DNA of 64,000 bases from Podarcis filfolensis (Eukaryota), in the NCBI GenBank assembly GCA_964270895.1, contig OZ185439.1, one strand, 5' to 3'. A program made the position numbers and the translations under genes. The notes beneath the pieces were generated by a model, which worked only from the letters and a program-made list of their open reading frames with translations, was not told the origin of the DNA and did not search any database. This document shows, piece after piece, positions 12,293 through 40,434 of the stretch; positions within the stretch are counted from its first letter, which is position 1; every line of letters starts with the position of its first letter.

Positions 12293-15233
12293 GCTTATTA
12301 TACAGTCCCCTCTATGAAAGCGCTTTGTGAATGCAAGTAGTAATTGCTTAAATTACACCAATGTCTCTAGTTCAGCACTGTATTTTGCATAATCAGATGC
12401 TTATGAGTGGTCCACAAGGAGGCTGCATGAAGGCAACAACTTTCTTGTTGGCTCCCACTCAGTAATTTGGAGGCAGGGCTGTCCCTCATGAGTTTGTCTA
12501 GCTGCCTTTTAAGATCAGCTAGAGTCACGTCTTGAAGTGGATTTCCTCATTACGCCAGTGTGTCAATTGCCTCTTCTAAATCTGAGGCGAGTCAAGTGTT
12601 GGGGTTGGGGTATGGATTATGAAGGGTCTGGGTTTGCACCAAAAGCACCGTCTACAGTGACAGCCTTAGAAAGTCTCACTTTCTGCAAGACTAGCTGTCT
12701 TAATAAGTTTTCTTTGCCCACCTAGTTGTGAGGGTGGTCACTCCATCCTATACAAAGAATAATCACGAGGCAGGGCAAGTATAATGCTCTTTCACTCTGT
12801 AGGTGTGATCATGTTGACTGGGGAGTAGTTCCCATACTGCTATTATACAGGAGGTCAGTCCTTTGAAAAACTAAGTGTTCGAAAAAGTTATGAGATGGAG
12901 TGTAGGGACATACACAGTCCTAATAATTCCAAAAGAGAACAGGAACTAAGGCTGCATTATGTTTAAACAGTCTTCTGCCTATATGTACTCCCATACCCCC
13001 GTTGAACAACCAGAGGTCTGCCCATTTGGGTGCCTAGCTATAATAGCTCTCAAGGCAAGAAGGTCTTGTGCACAATCAGCGTCATACTTGGTGCAGAGGT
13101 TGGGCAACTTGTTCTTCCTTTTAACTGTACAAATTTTATATTACCAAAATTGAAGTGAATACTAACACATTAAGGCGATGAAAGGGTATATGTTGTGTTA
13201 AATATCACTTCGAGCCAGGGGCATCCAAGCTAACAGGATGAAATGCATGATTCTTTCTCCCAAAGGCTATAAAAGGATCAGGAAGGTTTTTCTGCAGGTG
13301 GTAAAGGGGTAGAGAATATGTGGTCCTTCAGATGTTTTTAGACTCTTAACTCCAGTCAGCCCCACCTAGCATGGCCAGTAACTGGGGATAGTGGAATTTA
13401 TAGCCTGGAACATTGGGCGGGCAGGCCACAGCTTCCCCACCCCATGGGTTCAGGCCAGCTTCCCATCCCATGCTTTGCAATGCAAAAAAGTCAGACACAA
13501 GGAAGGACTTTCCAATGATGTATGCAGTGTAAGCTTCACCTAGTGGGGAATATTCATACTGCAGGGGAAGTAGAGAGCAAGTGTGAGCCATGACACCATT
13601 GCAAGCAGCAGCGCAGGGAGAAAGTTCAGTTCCCATTAACACAAGCAGACCAAAAAAAAAACCCACGCAAGAGACTGGCTCTGCAACTGCAGACCTGTTA
13701 TGAAGATACTTGCATTGATTTAAATATATTACATACATTTCTACAGTGCATAAGAACGATACATTTCAGTTCAGGCTGGCAAAAAGGAAATGAACCCGTG
13801 CCTGGCATCAAGTACATCAGCTTCAGCCTGGCACCTCAGGCATACAGCAGGGAATTGTCCCCCAAGTGAGAAAGAGGCAGACCCCCCCACATACAGGGTA
13901 CCAGGCAACTGCTCTGAACAGCAGAGAAGCTGGACTCGATGCAAGGCTTCTCCTCGCAGGCCTGGGTGGCAGCCAAATCAGCAACACCCAAGGAGAAATC
14001 AGGACACTTATATGGACAATTTCAGAGGGAAACTTGATGCCAGGGATTTAGCACAGTAGCTTTCAGGAAAGCAGCATTCACTGTACCATTCCATTGCACA
14101 CGGGGTGTATTGGGCCTCGGTATGGTAGTGATCCTAATGTGAGTGCTTCCCCTTATGAGGATGCAGTGAGGACATTTCCCCCATGGCAGCAGGCAACCCC
14201 ACCCAGAGAACCTCCTCCCCCCTCCCGATTGTCAATGCCCAAACGCAGCCCAAGGGAGGATTCTGCCTCTGGCAGTGGCCTCTTTTCTGCCTCCCGCTCA
14301 CCCCAGCATGGGCAGAGAAGAGGCACAGCTATTACTTCCTCTAGGGATCAGACTAGATGGGTGTGAAATACTAGCCCAAGGCTAACAGTGCTAGGATATA
14401 GTTATCCTCTCAGTTGCTCCGGCACTGCATGGAGAACAAGTGTGTTCACTTGGGTTCAATTATTTAAAACCAATGTTAAAATCTACTATTTGAGGCATTT
14501 ACTCCCTTGCAGAAGGAAGGGAAGGAAGCACAGCAGTTATACTCTTGCAGGACCTACCTGCTAATATTACCCCAGGCAGACAAAAGCTGCACCAACAGAC
14601 TCTAGTGCGACCCTTAAGTTCTTCTTTCCTCTCTATCCCAACTTGCATCCTCCCAGGAGCAGTCGGTGGCAGCTGTGCTCCTTATGGATGGCCCCAAGAC
14701 ATGACTGGTGCCTACAGCACTAGGAGGAGCTCTGTAGGACCACGGATAACAGAGCAAGCCTAGTGGAGCAGGGTCCTCCCCCTCCGCTGCAGGATAAAAC
14801 AGGGTGCAGGGAAGGAGGGAGGAATTTCAAGGCTGGGAGTTGCACACAGCAGGAGCGCCTCTATCCAACTCAGATCATCCCCCTTCATCGCCAGCCTTCC
14901 CAGGCAGAGGACCCTGGGGTGTTCTCCACCCAGGTGGACATTAGAGGGACGGCTTGAAACCAAAGGATGCTGCATGCAGGCACCTGCTGGGAGATGCTGC
15001 CATGCTCAGGCTGGGGAGCGGGCGGGCATTTCCAGCCCGCAGCAAGAGGGGTGGGGAGCAGTCAGGTCTAAGGAAGGGCCTCCCTTCCTGCTGGGAATGT
15101 GCAGAGTTGAGGCTGGCTGGTAGCGCCTGCTTACATCTCCCACCGGCAGCAGCACAGCAGCCTCAGTCTGGAGGATTGGCTGCCCGCTGTCAAGTGATAA
15201 CTCGGGTTCCTCGATGAGTCGCAGAGGCCTCTG

Positions 15234-27350
<12,117 letters not shown>

Positions 27351-30219
27351 TGGAGATGATGAGCCGCTCTTCCCACTCCTCCTTGCCTTTCAGATCCGTG
27401 CTTTTCCTTTAGGCTCCTGCCTGCCGTCATCGACGCTGGTTCCCCAAGCACAGCCCACATGGCACACCACATAACATTTGTAAGGGTCGCCTTTCATTGT
27501 GGTGAAAGCATCTCGTCCGTCCCACTCCTCCATTGCAAAGACACGCCCACGTGCACTGCACTGACCATCCCTTAGCGGTCTGTTGACTCCTTTCACTGCA
27601 TTGTCACCATATTTCAATCCGTGTATATTTCAATCCGTGACTTTTTAAAAAAGCACACGGAGAAAGGTTTGCCATATCGGGTGCTCTCATTACAGTATAC
27701 GCCTCTTGGTAACCTGTCCCTTCAATAGAGAGAACAATGCACGTCCCACTGTATGCTCTATAAACGACCCTGTCACTCCAGTAGTCCCAGGTGGACTGCA
27801 CAGATCCTGGGAGATTCGTCGTGTTGACTTGCAGCAAAACAAACAAACAAAAACAAACCCAGTGATATCTTATGGCCTTTGAAGACAAACAGATTTATAA
27901 GTCCTGGTAGCCACAAAGGGGTACTTTCAAGTTATGTGAAAACTCATTAAAACCTAGCAAACCATCTTCACAATGGGAAGCTAAATGGATGCATAAAAAT
28001 GGTATTGCATCATCTGTATATTCATGGTCTCTGTGAATTCACCCAGCTCACTTTATTCGGATGTAAAATAGACAAATGACAAATGACTAACTCCAATTGT
28101 AAGGCGGGAGCAGCTTTAAGAATTTGTCCTGACCGATTGAAGTGGTACCTTGGGTCACCTGACTGTTGTAATCCTCTGCTGCCCTTCCTGTTTTAAGATA
28201 TTCCAAAGTTGAGAGAATGGCAGAGTGCATCATTTTAACAATGACACCTGCCATTCTGAAATGTTGGGAAAGAATGGCTATCACCATCTGCCAAACACCA
28301 TTTGAACCACCACCATCTGGGGAGGTAAAAACTACCTATACTGTCAAAGGCAGTATGCTTCTCAATACCAGTTACTGGACACTGCATTGCACTCGGGTCC
28401 TGCTTGCAGGCTTCCCATAGGCAACTAGTTGCCCACTGTGAGAACATGATGGTGAACCAAGTGGGCCATTGGCCTGATCCAGCAGGTTCTTCTTAATGCT
28501 TTTCTGATGTTTAAACATGAAAACGGAATGGCTGTGTCTTTAAAAAAGAAAAACAGGGTTTTTGTACAGTTTGGATGCCTTTGCATAAGTATGTAGTCTG
28601 CTGACTTCTCAACAATCTGTGTTAATTTGACATTACAACAATGAAGTTATGGGCTGTATACTGCTCTCTCTCGCCCTCTCTTTTTCTCTTTGTGTGAACA
28701 ATAGAGCAACAGTGGTGGTGTATCAAGCTGTTCTTCGGAGAAAGTGTGAAAAGATAGAGCCTTTGCATTCTAATTATCTAAGATATTTAACATAAAAACT
28801 TAGTAACACATGGGGATAGGGTAGTGTCACTTATCCTTGTCTGGTTGTATAACTAAAATAAGGAGTTATAGAGTGGAAGAAATGTATTTTCTTTTACCAA
28901 GCTAGGTTGGTTTAGCTATATGAAAGCTTAACAGCTTCAAATAATTATTCAACTAACAGTTATTCCAATACTTTGTATCCATTTTATATTTTATTCCTTT
29001 TAGCCTTTGTGGCCAGTATGGTAGGTATAATGCACTGAACAGAAAAACAGACAGAACTAATCTGGGCAGCACACATTCCATGATTCCAAGTCTCACACAC
29101 CCAGCATGGAAAAGCAGTATTTATATGGAGAGCAAAACAAAGTGACTTATTGAATTTGAGATGAATGGGACAGAAGATTGGTCCCCTTGCTTATTCTTAC
29201 ACTACTGGCTACTCCCTGGATTGTGTGGTACAGACAGAAGTGACCCATAGCTTGTCAGTCTGGCTATCTATACTGTTAATTCTAGCCTAGAATTTCTAGG
29301 TCAATAGGAAGCTGAAGATGAATTTAAGACTTTGATCTCTCACCATGATATTTGCCTGACCTGTGCAATAAGTTTTCCAGTAGTAACAGATCTCAGGCTC
29401 CTCCAGTACCAGCAATCATAGTAAGTTTCCTTTAGTCCACCTGGTGAGTTGTGACCCACAACTAGGTCATGTCACAACCTAAGGTGGAACACACCAGCAA
29501 TGTCAACATCCTTTTCCTTTTTTTAAAAAAAGTCAAATCCTTTTGGAAGAAGAGAAAAAAGAAAGGTTACGTCAAGAGTGCTGTTGCATTCAGGTCCTGC
29601 TTGTGAGCTTTGTGTAGGCATCTGGTTGGCTGCTGTGAGAACAGGGTGCAGTACTAGATGGCTTGATCCAGCACAGCTGTCATTAAGTTCTTATGCTATT
29701 GAAAACAAATGTTGTAGGGCAGAGAGGGCAAGGGTTGAAATAGGACATCTCATCCACTTAACCTTCATAAATTACTTTGTTGGACTGCTTTACTATCCCC
29801 TTTTATGGAATTGCATCAAACATATGAGCTTGAAATAAAATTCTACTTTGTTTTAATACTAAGAGTTGTGGTTTATTGTCTGCTGTGGGAGTGGATATTA
29901 AGCTCCCACTTGAATAGACAGATCAAGAGTACCTGATTTGCAAAAGCAGCACCATACATTTAGAGATGACACATTCCAAGTAAATAAAATTGTGACATAG
30001 CAAAAAAACCCCACCAAACATTTTAAATATATCATTCTTTGTTGCATTACAATAAACAAATGATACACAAACAACACACACTCCCCTGATTTCAGAAGTC
30101 TTTTTCTTTTCAAAGTAGCATCTGCTTCTTCAGATTTTCCCTTTTTTAAACCATGAATTATGTATTTTGAGGACAGCAACAGGAACTTGCCCTCAAAGGA
30201 AACGAGTATAGAAAGGCCT

Positions 30220-31050
30220 CAATATGGCAGCTCCTAGCCTGTGGTAGGAAGGAAAGAGAGAAGTCTTGCCCCTCACAAAGATGGCCGCCCTGTTAAAAAA
30301 AAATAGAAAAAGGAGGGGGGAACCCTCCTCGCCCTTCACAAAGAAGGCTGCTGTGGGAAGGGCGGGGGAGCTCAGCAGGGAGGCTGGGCAATGAAGAGGC
30401 GCGTTACTGCGGGTTGCCAGGGCAACAGCCAACAGCGTGCGCGGATGGTTCCTGGTGGGCGGTTGCCCTGGGTGGTGGGTGTGAGGGAAGCCTGGCATAA
30501 CTGACGGAGCGAAAGGAGAGGAGTGAGGAGGAGGCGGCGGCCGATGGGGGGAGACCGAAGGGGTGTGGGGCTCGTGGCAGCTGCGGAGAAGCTCGGAGCG
30601 CAGGTGAGGGGCGCGGCCGTCGGGGCTGCCGCCCAGAAGGGCTGAGGGGAAGCGGTGCCTGGGCTGGGAGCCGCTGTGCGGAGGCTGCTGGGGTGGGTGG
30701 GCTACGGGGGCTTTGGGGTGCGCGGCGGAGGAGAGCGCCCACAAGGGCTGCGTGGCGAAGGGTGGTAGCGGGGGGCTGCCTGCAGCGGGTGCACGAGAGC
30801 CAGCTTGGCCCCGCCACCGTGGGTGCCATGCACCGTGCATGACCCCGGCGCTGAAATTTGTGGGTGCCCTGCCCCTTCCTGGGGAATTTTGTGGGTGCTG
30901 CTCGGGCACCCAGGGCCCTAAGGAGGTTGGTACCTATGATCGGGTGGCCGGAGTAGGGCATGGGCGTGGCTTCGCCGGGCGGCATGGCGTGACTTCAGCA
31001 TCCTGCAAGGACCCGAATTCAGGGGCGAAGCTGTGAGAGTTGGGGGGTTT
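30220..31050 (+). promoter_or_regulatory. CpG island / promoter and non-coding first exon of MORN4
   Basis: CpG-rich tract. X-box GTTGCCAGGGCAAC at 30413-30426, YY1-type AAGATGG at 30278-30284, donor cag|gtgagg at 30603/30604, and a matching acceptor tgaaag at 34816 just before the ATG. Confidence 0.75.
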
Positions 31051-32894
31051 TGTTTCGTTTGTTTGGCGATTATGATTTTGCACCGTGGTGACTCGGGAGT
31101 GTTGAGGCTGCCTGAAAGGCATTTTGCCGCGGCTTGAAGAGCTGGAGCAGAGACATAATAGCGACACACTTCTCTCTTTGTAGCTGCCTTTCTGTTTTAA
31201 TTGACTCATGCCAGGCTCCCGCTGCCCGGTAAGACGACCTGATGGTTACTGCCAAATTCTGCTGGTTTCCGAGTGGGTTGGGGTGTCCCTCTTCACAGCT
31301 TGAGAAACTGTTACACACGCCTGGTTTGCTGCTGCTGCAGAGCAGCTGGGATCGCTCTGCTCCAGCAATCTGTTGTAATTGTTTCCAGGGAAGCAACAGC
31401 CATCGCGTGGTCCCTCGGAGACTAGGCGAACCTCATCGCCTCCTCTGTAGCCCTCCAGCCAGCGCTGGTCATGAACAAGAAAATTCTTAAGTATATCTTG
31501 CCTTCCAAACGTGAACAGATTAAAGTTGTATTTTCATAAGGATGACTTTTTGCTCCAGTTATTTTGTTGGTTTGAGTGTCTTGGTAATTTGTGGTAAAAA
31601 GAGTAGTGATTATTTACATCTTGACATTTAATGCACCTTGAACCTCTTATATCTTCTTCTGTCTCCTGGACTTGTAACAGGTTAACTGCACTATTACATG
31701 ACTTCAAGTCTAAGGCTAGCCTCAAATCTGGGCTCCGATTGTAGTGATGCTAGTTTCCCTGCTGTTCTACTACAGCAGCAGTTTGGTAGGTGAGCACTAC
31801 CATGTATTGATTTGCTATCATTCACTGTAGACTTTGAAAATAAATTAACCATTCTTTATTTCCAAAACTAGGTGCTAGTCCATTGGGTCTAATGGGGCAC
31901 TGCCCCACCAACCTCTATCTGCCCTCAGCCAGGTCCCACCTGCCTACCTTCCTACTTACCACCTGTCCAGGGCCATCAGCTTCCTCCTCCCTGGTCTCAG
32001 TGCTGCCCCTGTAGTATTCAGCAGGGAGGAGGATGGGGACAAAACTAAAATTAGTTGACTCTAGATTCCACCTATCTGCTGCCCCTGCTAGGGTAGGGTG
32101 TTTCTATTTGGAGAGGTCTGGGTTCTAGCGCTGCAGCATCTCCCTTTTCATCTAAAATCAAACGTAAGTTTTACTCAATGAAATTAACCGAAAGACCCAA
32201 TGAAATTAATGAACATGACTAAGTTGAGTCTATTAACTTCAATGTACCAACTCTGAGTAAACCCAAGTTAAATACCACCCCTATTTGCTGTCTCCCAAAA
32301 GGTAGGCATTATCTTAGGTGGTTGCATTTCTGTCTTCCAGTAATACAAATTACACACGTTTCCCATTTCTCATTGCTTTCCTCTTTCCCACAGAGCTTCC
32401 AGGCAGCTCATGTCATTGCCTGCTGTGAGCTCATTGATGTAGTGTACATCCTTCCTTGCTCAAGGGGCTCCTTTCTCTTTCACTTGCCAGTTGTATATTC
32501 CAATTACAAAGATGCTGATATACAGCTGTTTTGTCCATTGTTCTGAATGTTGCCTGTGTGGAGTCCTTAGAGTTATGATTTGGTTGAAATTGATAGGCAA
32601 CACTTTTGATATAAGACTAGCTCTGTACAATATGGAATTCATTGCCACAGGATTCTGTAATGCCCACTAGCTTGCATGCCTCTAAAGAAAAAAAAGAGAA
32701 CGAACGAACGAAAGAAAGATAGAGGTTCTGTCTGTTTGGGTTTACAATGTATGATAGCCAGAAGCACATCCTCCAATGTTTCAAAATGTCACGTCTTACT
32801 GAAGGAGGAGGAGTATAGTTTGGGAATTCTAATCGATCCAGCTCTGTCTCCGGAGGTGCAGGTGTCTGCAAGTCAGTAGTGCCATTCCTGTACC

Positions 32895-33340
32895 AGGATA
32901 CTTTGACCACAGTTGTCCATGCATTGGTAATGTCACAGCTAGATTACTGCAATGCAGTCTATGTGGGGCTACCCTTGAGGCTGCTTCAGAGGCTGCAGCT
33001 GAGGCAGAATGAGACGGCTAGATTGCTGACGCAAACTACCACCTCTATATGACTCCCTACTTGTGCAATTTGCTTTGGATGCCAGTCTGCTGTTGAACCA
33101 AGTTCAAGGTATCGCTTCTGATGTACAAGGCCCTATGTGGCTCAGGACCAGGTTACTTGAGCAACCACCTCATCTCTTACACACCCAGTAGGTTGCTGTG
33201 GTTGGTGGAAGGTCTTCTGTAAGTTCCAAAGATTTCAGAAGCCTGCTGCGCCGTAACTCAGATCAGGGCTTTTAGGGCTTTGAGATTGTTGTTTAGATGA
33301 AGATTAATAAATCAGTGATGATAATAATAATAACAATGTC
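32895..33340 (+). mobile_element. L2 LINE fragment, degenerate
   Basis: HALVMSQLDYCNAVYVGLPLRLLQRLQLRQN matches the L2 ORF2 motif; (TAA)n tail. Confidence 0.75.
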
Positions 33341-34731
33341 ATTTTATATATTTCTTACTTTATTTCATAAAATTTATTCACCACTTGGTTGCAAAAAAAC
33401 AAAACAAAAAACACCCTCAAGGCAGTTTAGAACAACATGGTAATGATTTTATTATTCAGCCCCTCCCCTTCCCTTGATCTGCCCTTGACAGCTCCTTACA
33501 TTTTTTAAAATGTAACTTGTCTTCCTGGACAGAGCCAAGTGTAGATGGATTTGAACAGTAAACTTTCCTTCTGGCTATCCTTGCTTAGCCTGGCACAAAG
33601 GTTTCTGCCCTTGCCAAGCCATGGAGAGTTCTAGGCGGGTGTTTGGAATACTAAGCAGGGAATTCAACATGTAGGTTCTGCTAGTTGCTTTAGGACCTGT
33701 CAAACAGTAAATAAATGGGGGAGATGACATACATTAAAATACCCACCATCCATCTGCATGTAGTAAACATGTAGTACAAAGGGGCCTGGGCACTTTGCAG
33801 TTCTACTAGTCTCTTGCTGATAGTAGGAGGGGGGAGATAGCAGCGTTTAATGCTGAAAACTGCCTGAATAAGCCTCTGAGATAGGAAGCACCAGGCTGGG
33901 TCCCCATCTGGGCTCCACACATGAATGTTTCATGGAGGTAGAGCCCTTTGTGCTGGAGCTGCATTTGAGTCTAGTCTGGTGAAAAAAACCCAAGAAGAAA
34001 TAGCAACGTGAGCCATAAGGCTTGAATTTCCTGTGGAAAGAATGGATACGTTTGTCTGGTGGAGGCAGGAAATTGCTCTGTGTGGCACTGATGTGGAGAA
34101 ATAGGGCAGGAGTCTGCAAAACACATATATGCCAGGTCAGCTCTGGGAGCTGAGCTCCTGTGGCTTAAGCCTTGTGTGTCCTTCCCTACTAAGGTAGGAT
34201 ACCCTATTTTGGGGAGAACATGTGTTTGAGAGTTTTGCTCCTGCATACTGAGTGTGTTGTGTAGTAGTTAGAGTATCAGACAAGGACTAGGAATACCTAA
34301 ATTCCAATCTTGGCTCAGCTCATGAAACTCATTGGGTGACTTCAGCCCATTAATTTCTCTTTCTTTCTCTCTGTTTAACCTACCTTACAGGATTGTTGTG
34401 AGTATTTTGGGGGGGGGGAGACATGCTGTCCCAAGTCCCTTGCAGGAAAGACGGGATAAAAACTTAGAGTTCCTTATTGGATTGGGGATAACAAAATGGA
34501 ATTATACTACCTTTTAATAAATATGCCAGTACAGTATAGACTGTTCAGAGTTCATACTGGTGGCCAAGGAAGGAGAGTCCACAACCTCCCTAGGGAGACC
34601 ATTCCACTGTCAAACAGCTCTTACTGTCAGAAAGTTTTTCACATGCATGTTGCTCATACTGCATGGATCCAAAACTGGTGGGTGTGGCTTTCCTGTCTCC
34701 TCAGCTTGCTGTACTTCTCCCTAGTTTCTGA

Positions 34732-36713
<1,982 letters not shown>

Positions 36714-39700
36714 TGGGTGCAAGCTCTAAAGCACCCTACCCCAGGACTCTCCCATGAAACTGCAGCTCAACCTGGGGGTTGGCAGGAGTGTGGAGTGCAG
36801 GAGTCACAGAGACAGACACCATCTCTAGGAGGTAGATGATCCCACATCAGCCCTGATCAGGTGGGCAGCCTACCCAAGTCACTTCCTTAAAACAGCCTGG
36901 CCCCTATAGTGTAATCCGGTGCCAAACCTCAACTTATAGAGCCACTGTCCCCTGCCAAACAGAGAGTCTGTCACTCCTGAGGCTGTGGCATTCCTTTGTC
37001 AAGAGCATTCTCCATAGGACAGTCTTCTAGTGCCCCAGTTGCGGTGGGAACGGCGGGGTGTGTGTGTGTGTTACTGCTCCCACCACCACCTTAAAGGCAC
37101 AAGGAGTGACTCACTAATGCTTAGACATCATTTTACCTTTTTCTTAGCTTGAGACTAATGCAGCTGAGAGTTCATGAGATTAGATGGGTTGGTCTTCAGT
37201 GTTCAAGGGAGAAGTTGGAACTTGCATTTAGCACAGCTTCCTGTCGCCCTCCACAGCTCTAAACCTCTGGTTCTCTCTCTTGTCGCTTCAATGGGGTTCT
37301 TCGTTCCTTTTATTTATTTATTTATTTATTTTTAATGCAAAAATGGAAAATTTATATACTGCAGAATTCTAGACCTTCTGAATGTGCCTTTCCCCGATGT
37401 TGTACATCAGCCCAAAGAAGGAGACCTGAGCTGCAATGCCTGCCATCCTTTAGGCCCTAGAGTATATCTGGGACGCACTGCCATTGCTTTCTGCCACTGC
37501 TTTCTGATGCTTTATCCAGTTCACTTGGGCCATTCTCACTGTGAGTATTTGGATTGCCTCTTGGGTGAAAGTCAGCTTTTCTCCCTTATATAAGGTCTGT
37601 GCTCCTTGACCCGGAGGGAGAGATCTTCCAGAGCTGTTGCATGGCATCCATGCACCATAGTGCCATAGACACAGGGCTGCGTGTATTCTGCCCTTCAAAA
37701 ATGACAATTCTGTACAAAGAAAAGCTGAATTCTGCAACATATATAAATTACACGGAAATAATTGGCATATAATTATTTATTTTGCATGATTTCTGCTTTT
37801 GCTAGTAATAGGAAAAGGCAAAAGTGCTTTGGAGAGCACTAATGCCATATCTCTTGAACACCTGTGCATCCCCTAACTCTCTCTTCCAGTTTCTCAGAAT
37901 TTATCAGGCATTGCCTGAATGCTTTTAAGCCTATCTTTTGCTGCCTTAATGGCTAGAAATTTGCTTTAAAATATACAACCGATTCTCATGATGCTGACTG
38001 CTGTGTCCAATATTGTTGAATGCAGTCACAGAGAAATGACATACACACAGCCCTGTAGATACCCAAAAGAAGTGGTGTCCATCCCCATTTTGTCCACTAG
38101 GTCCAAAGAGGTGGTTGCACTGAGATCTGGTAATGCTGTGTAGCTCTTTAGGAGCATTTTGGTAGGGGAAGTAAGTGAGCACTGGAGCCTTCAAAAACTT
38201 GAGTGTGTGCAGGGCATCCCTAATACATTTGCATGCAAAGCTGGGGCAATGACGTGGAAGAAAAGAAACAGCTTCTGGGAGGGTCCTCGCAGGCTGAATG
38301 GAAATATAGGGCTGGGCTAGCAGAAGGGGAAAGCTAGCTGTGGGATATCAGCCTGTGAAATGATGGGCTGGGGGGTTGAGTTGGGGCTGAGTGGCCTTTG
38401 AAGAGCGACTTAGTTTCTACCCAGCCACTTTGTGTTTCTGTGCACTGAAAGTAAACATGGGATTGTTTTGAGACTGGGGGGTGTTCTTAGCCAAGCATTG
38501 ACCTGCATGGTGTGTGTCCCTAAGTGCCATGCTGGAGCCTCTTGTTACCAGCCCACCTCCACACTGAATGTCTGCATGTCAATGCCACCCTCGTGCCTTT
38601 TGTGTCTCTGCCCATGTAAGGGCCTTGGCCAAATAAACAGTTGCTGAATCTCCGCCTCCATGTCTTTTTTCCCCTATTGGAAGGATGTAACGTATCAGCA
38701 AGGGTGGGCTGGTGTGCATGCTGTAATAGCCTTTCTAATCATCTTTATGTGGGGAATACAGCAGCAGGCACACTCAGCTCTGTATGCTGCTTTTGTTTTG
38801 TGCAGACAATCCATGTTTCCCTCCTTTGGTTCAATGCACAGCTCTGGCCTGAAACTATGCGGGTTTCACCATTTATTCAGTTACTCTGTTTCCCCTTTGC
38901 AAGCAGAGTGTACCATTACTGAGATAGTAGACGGGGCAAAGCATTTTTACCTGGAAAACATACTTTTCTAAAGATTAATTCCACTCCATGCTATCTTTGT
39001 CACTGAGGGCAAGAGACTCAGTCCCGGGAAGCAGTATCTTGCAAATAAAGCATCTTCCCTGTTAAAAGGTGCTTCCTAGTTGGTGAACTAACCAACCATG
39101 AATCTATGGATCAAACAAATATGGCTTCACCCTCTTCCATTCTTACACACCTTGTGAATTTGCAGTTGGTCAACACCTACTGACTTATGGAAGTAGGCCA
39201 TGTAGTCATGCAGCAAACTCCTTTGACATCACCTTGGAAGATTGTAATGATGGGGAGTAGGTGGATAAGACACCTATTCCCTTCCAGATATTGTTGGACT
39301 GCAACCATTGGCAGACTGTGGTAGTTTTAATTTTGCTGGCTCCAGCTGTTATCCAGACCCCCTTGGGAAAGCAAAGGACATGGGGTCTTCTTTCTTTCTC
39401 GTCAGCTGGGGGAGCAGGGAAAAGGAAGTCAACCTGAAAGGATAGTGCCTCGGGCACTCAAATGTTAAATGGGCCCCAAATGGTCAATTTGATCCAATAG
39501 ATAAGTACCCCAGCTAAGGACAAATTTGGCGATTCCAAGCAGGAAGGGTTAGAACCTTTATGAGAAGGCTTACTTGCCCATTTGAAAACCTTTCTGGCAT
39601 CTTCCTTATGCTGTTTCACTTGTAATAATACTTTGGTTTTCAAACATGCCAATGAACGGTGTAGGTTGAATGAGCTGTATTTTAGTAAGCTGCAGGATAT

Positions 39701-39781
39701 GAAATTCGAGGCTTAATTGGATGGCAATATGCCTGCTGCCCATTTCAAGGTTCCGACCATTGCCTGGAACAGCTTCGTCTT

Positions 39782-40399
39782 TCAGAGCCATCCATTGGAG
39801 CTGAAATCCTGACGCAGCTCCCTCACTTGGGCCTCACTTAGCGGGAGCAAGGGAGAGCGACAGAAGCCCCCATTTAAACCAAACCATTCCATGGCCTGTT
39901 TCAGGCCTGGGACTCCAAACTTGCTTGTTACCTGTGGAAAGAGAAACAGTGCAGGGCACTCAGAACTGCTCTGTGGCCAACAGTGTGGCAGAGGTGTACG
40001 TGACCCCCCTTTTCCTACAAACATCACTCAGCTCTAGGCCTGCAGAAACTGAAGAATTGCACCATCAAGGACTTGTCTGTGGTCACAGAATGTCCAGAAC
40101 ATTAGACATGGGGAAGTGTTATGACCCAGGAATTCCTGTTTGACACTTAATCAATTCAGGCAAGGAGGTAATGGTGCAGATCATACTAAGCGTGAATGTT
40201 TGAAGTCAACAGTGTATGTGCATTTGAAGAAGCGGTTGGTTAATTCTTAAACTACATGAGGTCTAATAAAGTACTACTAGTACAAGGATATACAGTAAGC
40301 TTACAACTTGCGCTCACTTATGCAATTGCAATCTTACACAGGTGGGGGGGGAATAAATTAATACATGGAGAACTGGGGAAACTGTTCTCTGCTCTTCAT

Positions 40400-40434
<35 letters not shown>

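Noticed and set aside
27609-27640. 16-bp tandem duplication (c/t)atatttcaatccgtg upstream of PI4K2A
   Set aside because: Simple two-unit slippage event with no further structure.
28660-28800. Plus-strand polypyrimidine tract + AG followed by a ~30-codon open frame
   Set aside because: No upstream donor or start and no recognisable peptide; more likely a (CT)n microsatellite.
30193-31209. Long overlapping ORFs (238 aa, 193 aa) at the MORN4 CpG island
   Set aside because: Stop-poor GC-rich sequence that partly includes a MITE remnant; no protein family signal.
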